Below, one piece after another: positions 36,999-46,120 of a stretch of DNA of 64,000 nt. Where the stretch lies: the NCBI GenBank assembly GCA_964476185.1, contig CAYYZO010000005.1, forward strand, positions 12,532 through 76,531. Reading direction: 5' to 3'. Positions within the stretch are counted from its first letter, which is position 1. The number at the start of each line of letters is the position of its first letter. The notes below the pieces were generated by a model. The model searched no databases. It had not been told where the DNA came from and saw nothing but the letters and a program-made list of their open reading frames with translations. The DNA comes from an uncultured Myxococcales bacterium (GTDB lineage: Bacteria; Desulfobacterota; Binatia; UBA1149; CAITLU01). The position numbers and the translations under genes were made by a program.

Positions 36999-37016
36999 GG
37001 CAGGCTCACGACCACC

Positions 37017-38018
37017 ATGCCGACGACAACCCCCAGCGAGGCGACGGTGCCCCCGTTCGAGACGACGCTGCGCGCGCAGGGACATTGGCCGTTCGCGCGC
37101 GAAACCGTCCGCACCGTGCAGGTCAACGTCGGCAAGCTCTGCAACCAGGCCTGTCACCACTGCCACGTCGACGCGGGACCGAAGCGCACGGAGATCATGA
37201 CCGCAGCGACCGCGGCGCGCGTGCTCGAGTTGCTCGCCGGCGCACCCGCCGTCACCACGCTGGACGTGACGGGCGGCGCCCCCGAGCTCAATCCGTCGTT
37301 CGCCGGCCTCGCGAGCGGCGCCCGTTCGCTCGGCAAGGAAGTGATCGTGCGCTGCAACCTCACGGTGCTGTTCGAGCCCGGACTCGGGCACCTGCCCGAG
37401 ATGTATCGCGACCTCGGCGTGCACCTGGTCTGCTCGCTGCCCTGCTACACGGCGGAGAACGTCGACCAGCAGCGCGGGCGCGGCGTGTTCGACCGGAGCA
37501 TCGAAGCCCTGCAATGGCTCGGGGCGCTCGGCTACGGAAGCGGCGGCGAACGGCTGCGTCTCGACCTCGTCTACAATCCACTCGGCGCGTTCCTGCCGCC
37601 TCCGCAGGCCGAGCTCGAAGCGAAGTATCGCGAGGAGCTCGGGCGACTGTTCGACATCCGCTTCGACCGCCTGCTCACGCTCACGAATCTCCCGGTCAAG
37701 CGTTTCGCGGAGATGCTCGCGCGGCGCGGCGAGATGGAACGCTACATGGGACTGCTCGTCGCGCACTTCAACACCGCCACGGTGCCGGAACTGATGTGCC
37801 GCAGCCTGGTCAGCGTCGCGTGGGACGGGTCGCTGCACGATTGCGACTTCCACCAGATGGAGGAAATCCCGCTGCTCGTGGGCGACTCGGCGCAGACCCT
37901 GTGGACGATCCGCTCGTTCGAGGAGCTGGCCGGGACGGCGATCCAGCCCGCGTCCCACTGCTACGGCTGCACGGCCGGCGCGGGCTCGAGTTGCAGCGGC
38001 TCGATCGCCGCAGGCTGA
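37017..38018 (+). CDS. arsS: radical SAM protein of the ArsS family (arsenosugar-biosynthesis radical SAM (seleno)protein family), Cys form
   Basis: CxxxCxxC radical-SAM motif (CNQACHHCHVD) and the family's conserved C-terminus (..HCYGCTAGAGSSCSG..). No arsM is adjacent. Confidence 0.75.
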   Translation: MPTTTPSEATVPPFETTLRAQGHWPFARETVRTVQVNVGKLCNQACHHCHVDAGPKRTEIMTAATAARVLELLAGAPAVTTLDVTGGAPELNPSFAGLASGARSLGKEVIVRCNLTVLFEPGLGHLPEMYRDLGVHLVCSLPCYTAENVDQQRGRGVFDRSIEALQWLGALGYGSGGERLRLDLVYNPLGAFLPPPQAELEAKYREELGRLFDIRFDRLLTLTNLPVKRFAEMLARRGEMERYMGLLVAHFNTATVPELMCRSLVSVAWDGSLHDCDFHQMEEIPLLVGDSAQTLWTIRSFEELAGTAIQPASHCYGCTAGAGSSCSGSIAAG

Positions 38019-39769
38019 GGCTCCGCGAAGCGCGCGAGCGCCGCGACCATCGACGGCAGCGCGAGCGGGCGCAGCTCGAGCGTCTCCGAGAACGCCTCGA
38101 ACGTGCGGCGCGCCGTTTCCCGGTAACGCCCGTCGCGTTCGGCCAGGCGGACGAACAGCAGCGCGGCGGCCGAGTTGCCGCTGGCCGCCGCGCGATCCAC
38201 GGCGGGCTCGAGGCGCAGCGGCAGCGTTCCCGTGCCGGCGGCCGTCTGGAAGAATCCGCCCGACGCCTCGTGGCCGAAGCGCGCCGGCAACTCGTCCGCG
38301 ATCGCGCGCGCTGCCTCGAGCCAGCGCCCGTCCTCGCCGTGCGCGGTCGCCTCGTGAAGGTCGAGGAAGGCGAGCGCGAGCAGCGTGTGGTCGGCGAGGT
38401 AGCCGTCGCCGCAGCGCTGCGCGTCGATCGCGCAGTGCACGACGCTGCCGCCGTCGCGAAGCCGCGCGTCGAGTTCGCGCGCCGCCGTGACGGCGGCTTC
38501 GAGCAGGACCGGATCCGCCAGCACGGCGGATCCGCGCGCGAGCGCGGAAATCGCGACGGCGTTCGCGTCCGCGAGCACGCGCTCGTCGCGCGGGGCGGGC
38601 GTGCCGTCGGTGGCGAGCGACGCCGCGAACGCGCCACCCGGCAGCCGGAGGTCGCCGAGCAGGAAGCCGACGGTGCGGCGCGCGGTCTCGAGGAAGTCGC
38701 GCCGGCCGGTCGCTTCGCCGGCCTTGAGGTACGTGCGCGCGAGCGCCGCGTTGTCGGCGAGGAATTTCTCGGGCGCCGGATCCTGCCAGCGCCCGGCGCG
38801 CGCGAAGCGGAAAAAGCCTCCACGGGCCCGGTCCTCGAGCGGGCTGCCCTGCAGCCGCTCCAGCGCGGTCGTCGCGATCGCGAGCGCCGCCGCGTCGCCC
38901 CGGCGTCCGCGCTCGACGAGGAAATCCATCAGCGGAGCGCGCGGGAACCACGGCGGCGGGCCGAACGCTCCCGCTTCCGCATCGAACGACGCGCCGGCGT
39001 AGCCGACCAGCGAGGCCGCCGTCTTCGCCGCGTCCGGCAGCGGCCCCGACGAGTCGATCGCCGCGCGCCGCGCCATCTTCTCGAACGTGCCCTCGGCGCG
39101 CTCGGCGATCATGCCTCCCCCGAGATCGATGCGCCGGGCGACTTCCGTGACAAGCCGGTCGGGTTGCTTCACGGTGGTGGCGGCAGCGCCCCACGACTCG
39201 GCCGCGAACGGCCGCCCGTCGGGCAGCAGCACGACGATCGCCGGCCAGCCGGCGCCGCCGGTGAGAACCTGCGTCGCGAGCATCAGGTACGCGTCGACGT
39301 CCGGCTGCGCGTGGCGGTCGACGAGCAGCGGCACGAAGCGCTCGTTGATCGTGCGCGCGAGGTCCGCCGAAGAAAGCGCGTCGCGGCCGAGCGCGTTGCA
39401 CTCGGCGCACGAGGCGTCGCCGGTCAGCGCGAGCACCGGCAGGCCCGACGCGGCGGCTTCGTCGAGCGACTGCCGGGACCACACGCGCCAGTCGATCGGA
39501 TCGAGGGCATGGCGCCTCGCGAACGCGCCCGATTCGAGCGCGAGGCGGTTGCAGGTCCGACGGTCGGAAAGAAGCGCTCCTGCTGGAACATCGGCGGCCG
39601 CGACGGCGGCGGCCAGGGATGGCGGAAACGCGGCGGCTCCCGGGAGGGCGGGATCGGGCGCGGCGCAGCGGACGGCGGCGACGCCGGGGCTTCGCGGATC
39701 GCAGCCCGCCGGGATCGCGAGCGCGCCGAAACCGGCCAGCACCAGCGCGGGAAGCGATTCGAGACGCAC
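37961..39769 (-). CDS. thioredoxin-domain protein of the DUF255/YyaL family (N-terminal Trx-like fold + (alpha/alpha)6-barrel), probable lipoprotein
   Basis: ..GLPVLALTGDASCAECNALGRDAL..FVPLLVDRHAQPDVDAYLM.. is the Trx-like N-domain with a CxxC-like pair. The GTG start at 39769 gives a signal peptide and lipobox ..LVLAGFGALAIPAGC. Its 3' end overlaps the arsS 3' end by 58 bp (convergent). Confidence 0.65.
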   Translation of the reverse strand: MRLESLPALVLAGFGALAIPAGCDPRSPGVAAVRCAAPDPALPGAAAFPPSLAAAVAAADVPAGALLSDRRTCNRLALESGAFARRHALDPIDWRVWSRQSLDEAAASGLPVLALTGDASCAECNALGRDALSSADLARTINERFVPLLVDRHAQPDVDAYLMLATQVLTGGAGWPAIVVLLPDGRPFAAESWGAAATTVKQPDRLVTEVARRIDLGGGMIAERAEGTFEKMARRAAIDSSGPLPDAAKTAASLVGYAGASFDAEAGAFGPPPWFPRAPLMDFLVERGRRGDAAALAIATTALERLQGSPLEDRARGGFFRFARAGRWQDPAPEKFLADNAALARTYLKAGEATGRRDFLETARRTVGFLLGDLRLPGGAFAASLATDGTPAPRDERVLADANAVAISALARGSAVLADPVLLEAAVTAARELDARLRDGGSVVHCAIDAQRCGDGYLADHTLLALAFLDLHEATAHGEDGRWLEAARAIADELPARFGHEASGGFFQTAAGTGTLPLRLEPAVDRAAASGNSAAALLFVRLAERDGRYRETARRTFEAFSETLELRPLALPSMVAALARFAEPQPAAIEPLQLEPAPAVQP

Positions 39770-39887
39770 GGGCCGGGTGTAACGCGAGGTCGCGTGCGTT
39801 TCGAATCGTCCTGCGACGGGAGTCCGGCGACCGGGGGCTCGTCGCGACTCCCGGTCCATCGGCGATCCCGCCGACGGACCCGACCTG

Positions 39888-40328
39888 CTACGCGAGGGCG
39901 CCCTGCATGTAGTCGCGCAGGAAGCGGATCTCGGTTTCCTTCTCGTCGTATTGGGCCTTGACCACGTCGCCGATCGACACGATCGCGACGAGCCGGCGAT
40001 CCTCGAGCACCGGCAGGTGGCGCACGCGCCGGTCGGTCATCACGCGCATCACGTAATCGAGGCTGTCGTCGGGGACGCTGATCACGAGGTCGCGCGTCAT
40101 CACGTCGCGCACCTTGAGGAGGAGGTTCGCCGCACCGTCCTTGCGGCAGATCAGGCGCAGGATGTCCCGCTCGGAGATGATCCCCACGAGCGAGCCTTCG
40201 ACGTCGAGCACCGGCAGTGCGCCGATGTTGTGCTCGCAAAGCGATTCGACGGCCTCCTGCACCGTCTGGTCCGGGGAGATGGTCTGCAGCGGGACGGGAC
40301 TGCTCTTCTGGATGTCGCGGATCTTCAT
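39888..40328 (-). CDS. CBS-domain pair protein
   Basis: Two CBS motifs (..NIGALPVLDVEGSLVGIISERDILR.., ..RVRHLPVLEDRRLVAIVSIGDVVKA..). The ATG at 40328 (MKIRDIQ) is internal to the 265-aa track ORF. Confidence 0.8.
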   Translation of the reverse strand: MKIRDIQKSSPVPLQTISPDQTVQEAVESLCEHNIGALPVLDVEGSLVGIISERDILRLICRKDGAANLLLKVRDVMTRDLVISVPDDSLDYVMRVMTDRRVRHLPVLEDRRLVAIVSIGDVVKAQYDEKETEIRFLRDYMQGALA

Positions 40329-40573
40329 CGGCGTCGGCTCCTGGGTTGGAATCGTTTCTTCGCTCGCGTCTCCCCCTGCGACGTCGAGGCAAGTAAGGCA
40401 CCGCGTACCGGACCGGTCAACAGGACGGACGCACCCGTCCGGCGATTGCGGCAAGGCTGCCCCGCGGTTGCCGTGCGGCGTGAATCTTGAAACATTGCCG
40501 CAGCGCAGCGAACGCCACCATCGGCGGGGAGCACGGCTCCCCCGACCCCGCCGCGCCGGGAACGGACTCGAGA

Positions 40574-42565
40574 ATGGAACCTGCAACCCCTGAAGTTTCC
40601 GGCCACCCGGCGAAGGCAACCGTGCGCGGCTACGGCGGAATGCGCGTCGTCTTGTTCGAGAGCCGCATGGCGTCCGAGGCGGCACGGCTCGTGCACAACG
40701 CCGGCGGCGTCGCGATCCCGGCCCCGACGATGAAGGAGGTGCCGCTCGAATCGAACGATGCCGCGTTCGCCCTCGCCGACGCGCTGCTGGCAGGCGAGGT
40801 CGACGTCGTGCTGTTCCTGACCGGCGTCGGGACCCGCACGCTGTTCTCGGCCTGGCAGACCCGCTACGAGCTGCCGCGCCTCGTCGAGGCGCTGTCCCGG
40901 ACGACCGTCGTCGCTCGCGGGCCGAAGCCGGTCCAGGCGCTGCGCGACCTCGGCGTCGCGATCACGATCACCGTCCCCGAGCCCAACACCTGGCGCGAGC
41001 TGCTGCTGACGCTCGACGAGGCCGCCGAATCGGTCGAGCTCTCCCGCGCGCGCGTCGCGATCCAGGAGTACGGCGTCTCCAACGACGACCTGGTGCGCGA
41101 GCTCGAGCGCCGCGGCGCCGTCGTACGGCGCGTGCCGGTCTACCGCTGGGAGCTGCCCGACGACGTCCGTCCGCTCGAGGACGCGATCCGGCAGGTGCTC
41201 GCGCGCACCGCCGACGTGCTGCTGTTCACGAGCTCGAACCAGGCCTACAGCCTCCTCACCGTCTTGCGGCGGATGGGCGTCGAGGACGCTTTCCGCCACG
41301 CTCTTCGCGAGGTCGTGGTCGGATCGGTCGGCCCGGTCTGCAGCGAGACGCTCGGCGAGCACGGTTTCCAGGTCGACTTCGAGCCGTCGCACCCGAAGCT
41401 CGGCACGCTGATCAAGGAGGGGTCCCAGATCGCGCCGCCGCTCGTGATCGAACGGCGCGAACGGCTGCGCGAGACGGCCCGCACGCGCGCGAATCCCGCC
41501 GTCGCGACGACGAAGGCCGCCGACGCCGCCGCGCTTCGCGACAGCGTCTTCCTGCGCGCGTGCCGCCGCGAGCCGGTGCCCCACACGCCGGTGTGGCTGA
41601 TGCGCCAGGCCGGCCGCTACATGCAGGAGTACCGGGAGGTCCGCGCGCGCGCGTCGTTCATCGAGCTCTGCAAGACGCCCGAACTCGCCGCGAAGGTCGC
41701 GCTGGACGCGCAGCAGCGTATCGGCGCCGACGCGGCGATCCTGTTCTCCGACATCCTGCTGATCCTCGAGCCGATGGGCCTCGGCCTCGAGTACGTGCAC
41801 GGCGACGGCCCCAGCCTGTCGCGCCTCGTGCGCGGCCCGGAGGACGTCGACCGCCTTCGCGAGATCGACCCGGTCCAGTCGCTCGACTACGTGATGGAAG
41901 CCGTCCGGTGCACGCGCGCCGCGCTTCCGGCCGATATCCCGCTGATCGGGTTCAGCGGCGCGCCGTTCACGCTCGCGTCGTACGTGATCGAGGGCGGCGG
42001 CTCGCGCAACTACATCCAGACGAAAAAGTTCCTGTACGGCGACAAGGGCGCCTGGGACGCGATGATGGACAAGCTCGCGCGCGCCGTCGCGGCCTACCTG
42101 ATCGGCCAGATCGAGGCCGGCGTGCAGGCCGTGCAGCTGTTCGACAGCTGGGTCGGGTGCCTGGCGCCGTCCGATTTCGAGACGTACGTGGCGCCGCACA
42201 TGCGCACGATCGCCGAGGCGCTGCCGAAGGACGTGCCGCTGATCTCGTTCGGGACCGACACCGCGACCCTGCTCGACCTGCAGGTCGAGGCCGGCTGCTC
42301 GGTGATCGGCGTGGACCACCGCGTGCCGATCGCGAACGCGTTCGACCGCTTCGGCGACCGCGTCGCGGTGCAGGGCAACCTCGATCCGGTGCTGCTGTTC
42401 GCGCCACCCGACGTGATCCGCCGCGAGGCCGCGCGGGTGGTCGCGGAGGTCGCGGGCCGGCCGGGCCATGTCTTCAACCTCGGTCACGGCATCCTCCCCG
42501 GGACGCCGGTCGACCACGTAATCGCGCTCGTCGACGCCGTGCACGAGCTGTCCGCGAGAGGCTGA
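40574..42565 (+). CDS. hemE: fused uroporphyrinogen-III synthase (HemD, N-terminal ~270 aa) / uroporphyrinogen decarboxylase (HemE, C-terminal ~350 aa)
   Basis: The N-terminal half is HemD-like (two-lobe Rossmann-like; ..VDVVLFLTGVGTRTLF.., ..VLLFTSSNQAYSLL..). The C-terminal half starts with the HemE signature ..PVWLMRQAGRYMQEYREVRA.. and continues with ..FSDILLILEPMG.., ..GFSGAPFTLASYVIEGG.. in one uninterrupted frame. The start could be ATG 40574 or ATG 40640. Confidence 0.8.
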   Translation: MEPATPEVSGHPAKATVRGYGGMRVVLFESRMASEAARLVHNAGGVAIPAPTMKEVPLESNDAAFALADALLAGEVDVVLFLTGVGTRTLFSAWQTRYELPRLVEALSRTTVVARGPKPVQALRDLGVAITITVPEPNTWRELLLTLDEAAESVELSRARVAIQEYGVSNDDLVRELERRGAVVRRVPVYRWELPDDVRPLEDAIRQVLARTADVLLFTSSNQAYSLLTVLRRMGVEDAFRHALREVVVGSVGPVCSETLGEHGFQVDFEPSHPKLGTLIKEGSQIAPPLVIERRERLRETARTRANPAVATTKAADAAALRDSVFLRACRREPVPHTPVWLMRQAGRYMQEYREVRARASFIELCKTPELAAKVALDAQQRIGADAAILFSDILLILEPMGLGLEYVHGDGPSLSRLVRGPEDVDRLREIDPVQSLDYVMEAVRCTRAALPADIPLIGFSGAPFTLASYVIEGGGSRNYIQTKKFLYGDKGAWDAMMDKLARAVAAYLIGQIEAGVQAVQLFDSWVGCLAPSDFETYVAPHMRTIAEALPKDVPLISFGTDTATLLDLQVEAGCSVIGVDHRVPIANAFDRFGDRVAVQGNLDPVLLFAPPDVIRREAARVVAEVAGRPGHVFNLGHGILPGTPVDHVIALVDAVHELSARG

Positions 42566-42614
42566 GCTTGCGCGTCCCGCGTCGCTCCGGGCGAGGAACC
42601 CGACGAGGTTCCCG

Positions 42615-44054
42615 ATGACCCGCCGCATCGTCGTCGTCGGCGCCGGCATCGCGGGGCTCGCTGCCGCGTACCGCGCGCACCGGTTGGCCGCCGAGCGCGG
42701 CGTCGAGGTCGAGATCGTCGTGCTCGAAGCCGCCGGGCGCGTCGGCGGCGTGATCGAGAGCGTCGAGCGGGACGGCTGCGTGATGGAGCTCGGCCCCGAC
42801 TCGATCATCACCGAGAAGCCGTGGGCGCGCGCGCTCTGCGAGGAGATCGGGCTCGCGCCACGGATCGTCGGCACCTCGAACGAGTTCCGCCAGAGCTTCG
42901 TGGCGCTCGGCCGCGACCTGCACCCGATCCCCGAGGGCTTCTACATGATGGCGCCGTCGCGGCTCTCGCCGTTCGTCGGGACGAAGCTGTTCTCGTGGCC
43001 CGGCAAACTGCGCATGGCCGCGGACCTCGTGCTGCCGCGCCGCACGGACGGCGCCGACGAGAGCCTCGCGTCGTTCGTGCGCCGCCGCCTCGGCGCCGAG
43101 GCGCTCGAACGCGCCGCACAGCCGATGGTCGGCGGCGTCTACACGGCCGACCCCGAGAAGCTGAGCCTGCGGGCGACGATGCCGCGCTTCCTCGAGATCG
43201 AGCGCAAGCATCGCAGCCTGATCCTCGGCTTCGTCGAGCAGCGCCGGCGCGCGATGCGCGGCGGCGGCGCGGCGGCCGAGGGCAGTGCGGCGGGCCCGCG
43301 CTACTCGCTGTTCATCTCGCTCGACAAGGGACTCTCCGCGTTGCCGGAACGCCTGCGCGAGCTGCTGCCCGCCGGTGCGGTTCGCACCGGCACGGCCGTC
43401 GAGCGCGTCGAGCGCGAAGGGGACCGCTGGAAGGTCCACACGCTCGACGACGCCGTCGAGGCCGACGCGGTCTGCCTCGCGACGCCGGCCTACGCGACCT
43501 CCCGCATGGTCGAGGGCCTGTCCCCCGAGCTCGCCCGCTCGCTGAACGCGATCGAGTACGCCTCGTCCGCCACCGTGAACCTGGTCTACCGGCGCGAGGA
43601 CATCGCGCACGCGCTCGACGGATTCGGCTTCGTCGTGCCGGCGAGCGAGCGTCGCACGCTGCTGGCCTGCACGTTCAGCAGCGTGAAGTACCCGGGCCGG
43701 GCGCCGGCGGGCTCCGTGCTCGTGCGCGCGTTCGTCGGCGGCGCGTTGTTTCCGGAGGCGTACGACATGGCCGACGACCGCATGCTGACCGGGATCGGTC
43801 GCGACCTTGCCGAGCTGCTGGGCGTGCGGGCCGAGCCGCGCGACGCCGTCGTCACGCGCTGGCCGCGCTCGATGCCGCAGTACAACGTCGGGCACCTCGA
43901 GCGCGTCGCGCGCATCGAGGAAGAGGCCGGACGCCATCCGACGCTCGCGCTGGCGGGCTCGGCCTACCGCGGCGTCGGCATTCCCGACAGCGTGCGTTCC
44001 GGCGAAGCGGCGGGCGAACGGCTGGTCGGCGCGATCCAGCGGATGCCCGGCTGA
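42615..44054 (+). CDS. hemY: protoporphyrinogen oxidase (HemY-type, FAD-dependent)
   Basis: N-terminal FAD fold (RIVVVGAGIAGLAAAY) and HemY-like blocks (..GCVMELGPDSI.., ..AGSAYRGVGIPDSVRSG..). It sits directly downstream of hemE. Confidence 0.85.
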   Translation: MTRRIVVVGAGIAGLAAAYRAHRLAAERGVEVEIVVLEAAGRVGGVIESVERDGCVMELGPDSIITEKPWARALCEEIGLAPRIVGTSNEFRQSFVALGRDLHPIPEGFYMMAPSRLSPFVGTKLFSWPGKLRMAADLVLPRRTDGADESLASFVRRRLGAEALERAAQPMVGGVYTADPEKLSLRATMPRFLEIERKHRSLILGFVEQRRRAMRGGGAAAEGSAAGPRYSLFISLDKGLSALPERLRELLPAGAVRTGTAVERVEREGDRWKVHTLDDAVEADAVCLATPAYATSRMVEGLSPELARSLNAIEYASSATVNLVYRREDIAHALDGFGFVVPASERRTLLACTFSSVKYPGRAPAGSVLVRAFVGGALFPEAYDMADDRMLTGIGRDLAELLGVRAEPRDAVVTRWPRSMPQYNVGHLERVARIEEEAGRHPTLALAGSAYRGVGIPDSVRSGEAAGERLVGAIQRMPG

Positions 44055-44105
44055 CGCTGGCGGATCCGCTGACGCCCGGGAGCCTAGCCCCCCGGCGTGG
44101 CGTCG

Positions 44106-44471
44106 TCAGCAGAGGTCGACGGCGTACTTCTTGAGGTCGTCGAGCGAGACGTCCTCGAGCGCGTGCTCGTCGGTCGCCTGCAGCACGACGGGCGGCGCCA
44201 GCCCGGCCTCGAGCGCTTCCTGCCAGCGCCTGGAGCACAGGCACCAGCGGTCGCCGGGCTGCAGGCCCGGGAAGCCGAACTCCGGCCGCGGCGTCGACAG
44301 GTCGTTGCCGCGCTGCCGCGAGAACTCGAGGAACTCGACGTTCACCTCGACGCAGACGCAGTGCCGACCGACGTCGTCATCGGAGGTCCGGCACGAGCCG
44401 TCGCGGAAGAATCCGGTCAGGGGCTGGGTCGAGCAGGAGGCGAGCGGTTCACCGAGCACGTTGCGGGGCAT
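44106..44471 (-). CDS. DUF2237 family protein
   Basis: 121 aa with conserved Cys pattern (..FFRDGSC..HCVCVEV..WCLC..). Confidence 0.65.
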   Translation of the reverse strand: MPRNVLGEPLASCSTQPLTGFFRDGSCRTSDDDVGRHCVCVEVNVEFLEFSRQRGNDLSTPRPEFGFPGLQPGDRWCLCSRRWQEALEAGLAPPVVLQATDEHALEDVSLDDLKKYAVDLC

Positions 44472-44528
44472 GGCCTGCTTCTGCCACGAAAGCGCGGCGG
44501 GCGACAGCGGCGACGCCGCCCGCCGCGA

Positions 44529-45074
44529 TCACGTCGCCGCGTCGAGGAGCGAGAGCATCTCGTCGCGGCAATCCTCGCAGATCGCGTGCGTCAGCGACGG
44601 CAGCGCCGGCGCGTCGAACAACGCGAGCGCGACGACGGCGTCCTCGACCTCTTTCCACCCGCTTTCGACGCGGATCTTCTTGCACCAACCGCACGCCGCG
44701 AGCACGGCTTCGGAGCGAGGCGCGTCCGCGGCCAGCAGCCGCTCGGGAGGCCGGTCCTCGATCGCGACCGTGCTGACGCGGAACTCCACTTCGTCGCCCG
44801 TGGCGAGGACCGTCATGCGCAGCAGCCGGCGCCTTGACGGCGAGTCGCAGCGGAACGGGAACGTGACCGGCCGTCCGTCGATGGCGCGGTCGAGGACCGC
44901 GTCGTAGATCTGCCGCGTCGTCGGCTCGCGGACGACGTCCCAGAGGCTGCGCCCGACCACCGTCGCCGACGACAGGTCACGGCCATCGTTCGCGATGGCG
45001 AACTCGTCGAAGGCGCGGTTGGCGTGGCGGATCACGCCCTGCCGGTCCACGCGGTAGACGACGTCGGCCTGCAT
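44529..45074 (-). CDS. PAS-like domain protein with C-terminal Cys4 (CxxC...CxxC) module, hypothetical
   Basis: The N-terminus (..VDRQGVIRHANRAFDEFA..) is PAS-like. The C-terminus has ..CGWCKKI..CEDC... 181 aa. Confidence 0.5.
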   Translation of the reverse strand: MQADVVYRVDRQGVIRHANRAFDEFAIANDGRDLSSATVVGRSLWDVVREPTTRQIYDAVLDRAIDGRPVTFPFRCDSPSRRRLLRMTVLATGDEVEFRVSTVAIEDRPPERLLAADAPRSEAVLAACGWCKKIRVESGWKEVEDAVVALALFDAPALPSLTHAICEDCRDEMLSLLDAAT

Positions 45075-45093
45075 CCCGACCGCCCTCCGCCCG

Positions 45094-46068
45094 TCAGCCG
45101 ACGAGCGGGAACACGTCGCGGCGGAAGATCTCCGCCTGCGAGTCGCCGCAGCCGAACGATGCGATGTCGTTGAAGTAGAAGACGATGCCGGAAACCCCCA
45201 TCTTGCGATAACCGTAAAGGAATTCCGCGCACTGCTCGCGCGTCCCCTTGCACGAGACGAAGCTCAGCAGGCCTTCCCTCGGGAGTCCCTGCGCGGCGAT
45301 GCGGGAGAAGAAGCGCTCTCCCTCGACCTCGTCGTCGTAGCAGATGCCGCCCGCCATCGCGGTGATCGTGATCTCCTCGAAGTCGCGACCGACCGCGAGG
45401 CAGTGGTCCTTGAGGATCTCGCGGTAGCGCGGGAACTCGTCGCGGCTCCCATTGTAGTTCCAGATGTCGGCGTACTCGGCGACGAGCCGCAGAAGGACCT
45501 TCTCGCCGCGGCCGCCGATCAGGATCGGCGGGTGCGGGCTCTGCAGCGGCTTCGGCTGGCAGACGGCATCCTTCAACCGGAAGTGCTTGCCGTCGAAGCT
45601 CGCCATCGGCTCCGGCCCCCACATCCGCCGCAGGATCTCGAGGGACTCGCGCAGGCGCCGCAGGCGCTCGCCCGTCGCGCGGAACTCGTACCCGTAGGCG
45701 TCGAACTCCTCGACGAACCAGCCGGAGCCGAGCCCGAGGTCGAGCCTTCCGCCGCTCATCACGTCGATGCAGGCCGCGATCTTCGCGAGGTAGGCGGGAT
45801 GACGGTACTCGTTGCAGGTGACGAGCTGGCCGATGCGCGCGCGGCGGGTCGCGGTCGCCATGTGGGCCATCAGCGACCAGGCCTCGAAGGTCGCCTCGAC
45901 CTCCTTGCGGGGAACGGTGTGGAAGTGGTCGTAGACCCAAAGCGAGTCCCATCCGGCCGCGTCGAGTCCGCGAATCACGCGATCGCACGTCGCCCACTTC
46001 GCGGCGTCCCCGTCGACGCCCATCAGGTCGAGCCGCCATCCCTGCGGAACCAGAACTCCGAAATCCAT
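45094..46068 (-). CDS. LLM-class (luciferase-like) flavin/F420-dependent oxidoreductase
   Basis: MDFGVLVP..WVYDHF..LGLGSGW..LIGGRGEK.. is a typical LLM TIM-barrel protein. The ATG at 46068 is internal to the 581-aa track ORF, whose N-terminal extension is antisense to yqgE. Confidence 0.8.
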   Translation of the reverse strand: MDFGVLVPQGWRLDLMGVDGDAAKWATCDRVIRGLDAAGWDSLWVYDHFHTVPRKEVEATFEAWSLMAHMATATRRARIGQLVTCNEYRHPAYLAKIAACIDVMSGGRLDLGLGSGWFVEEFDAYGYEFRATGERLRRLRESLEILRRMWGPEPMASFDGKHFRLKDAVCQPKPLQSPHPPILIGGRGEKVLLRLVAEYADIWNYNGSRDEFPRYREILKDHCLAVGRDFEEITITAMAGGICYDDEVEGERFFSRIAAQGLPREGLLSFVSCKGTREQCAEFLYGYRKMGVSGIVFYFNDIASFGCGDSQAEIFRRDVFPLVG

Positions 46069-46085
46069 GTCGCTGATCCTCCTTC

Positions 46086-46120
46086 GGATGTCGCTCCCGG
46101 ATGTCGCTCCCGATGCTCCC
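46086..46120. repeat. tandem direct repeat GGATGTCGCTCCC x2 plus a partial third unit (GATGCTCCC)
   Basis: Seen directly in the LLM/yqgE divergent intergenic region at 46086..46120. Confidence 0.5.

Noticed and set aside
36804-43937. Long antisense ORFs 36804..39482(-), 37085..39961(+), 40325..42874(-), 42474..43937(-)
   Set aside because: They lie opposite arsS, the YyaL-like gene, hemDE and hemY. Their translations are low-complexity and Arg/Ala-rich. The opposite strands carry well-supported genes.
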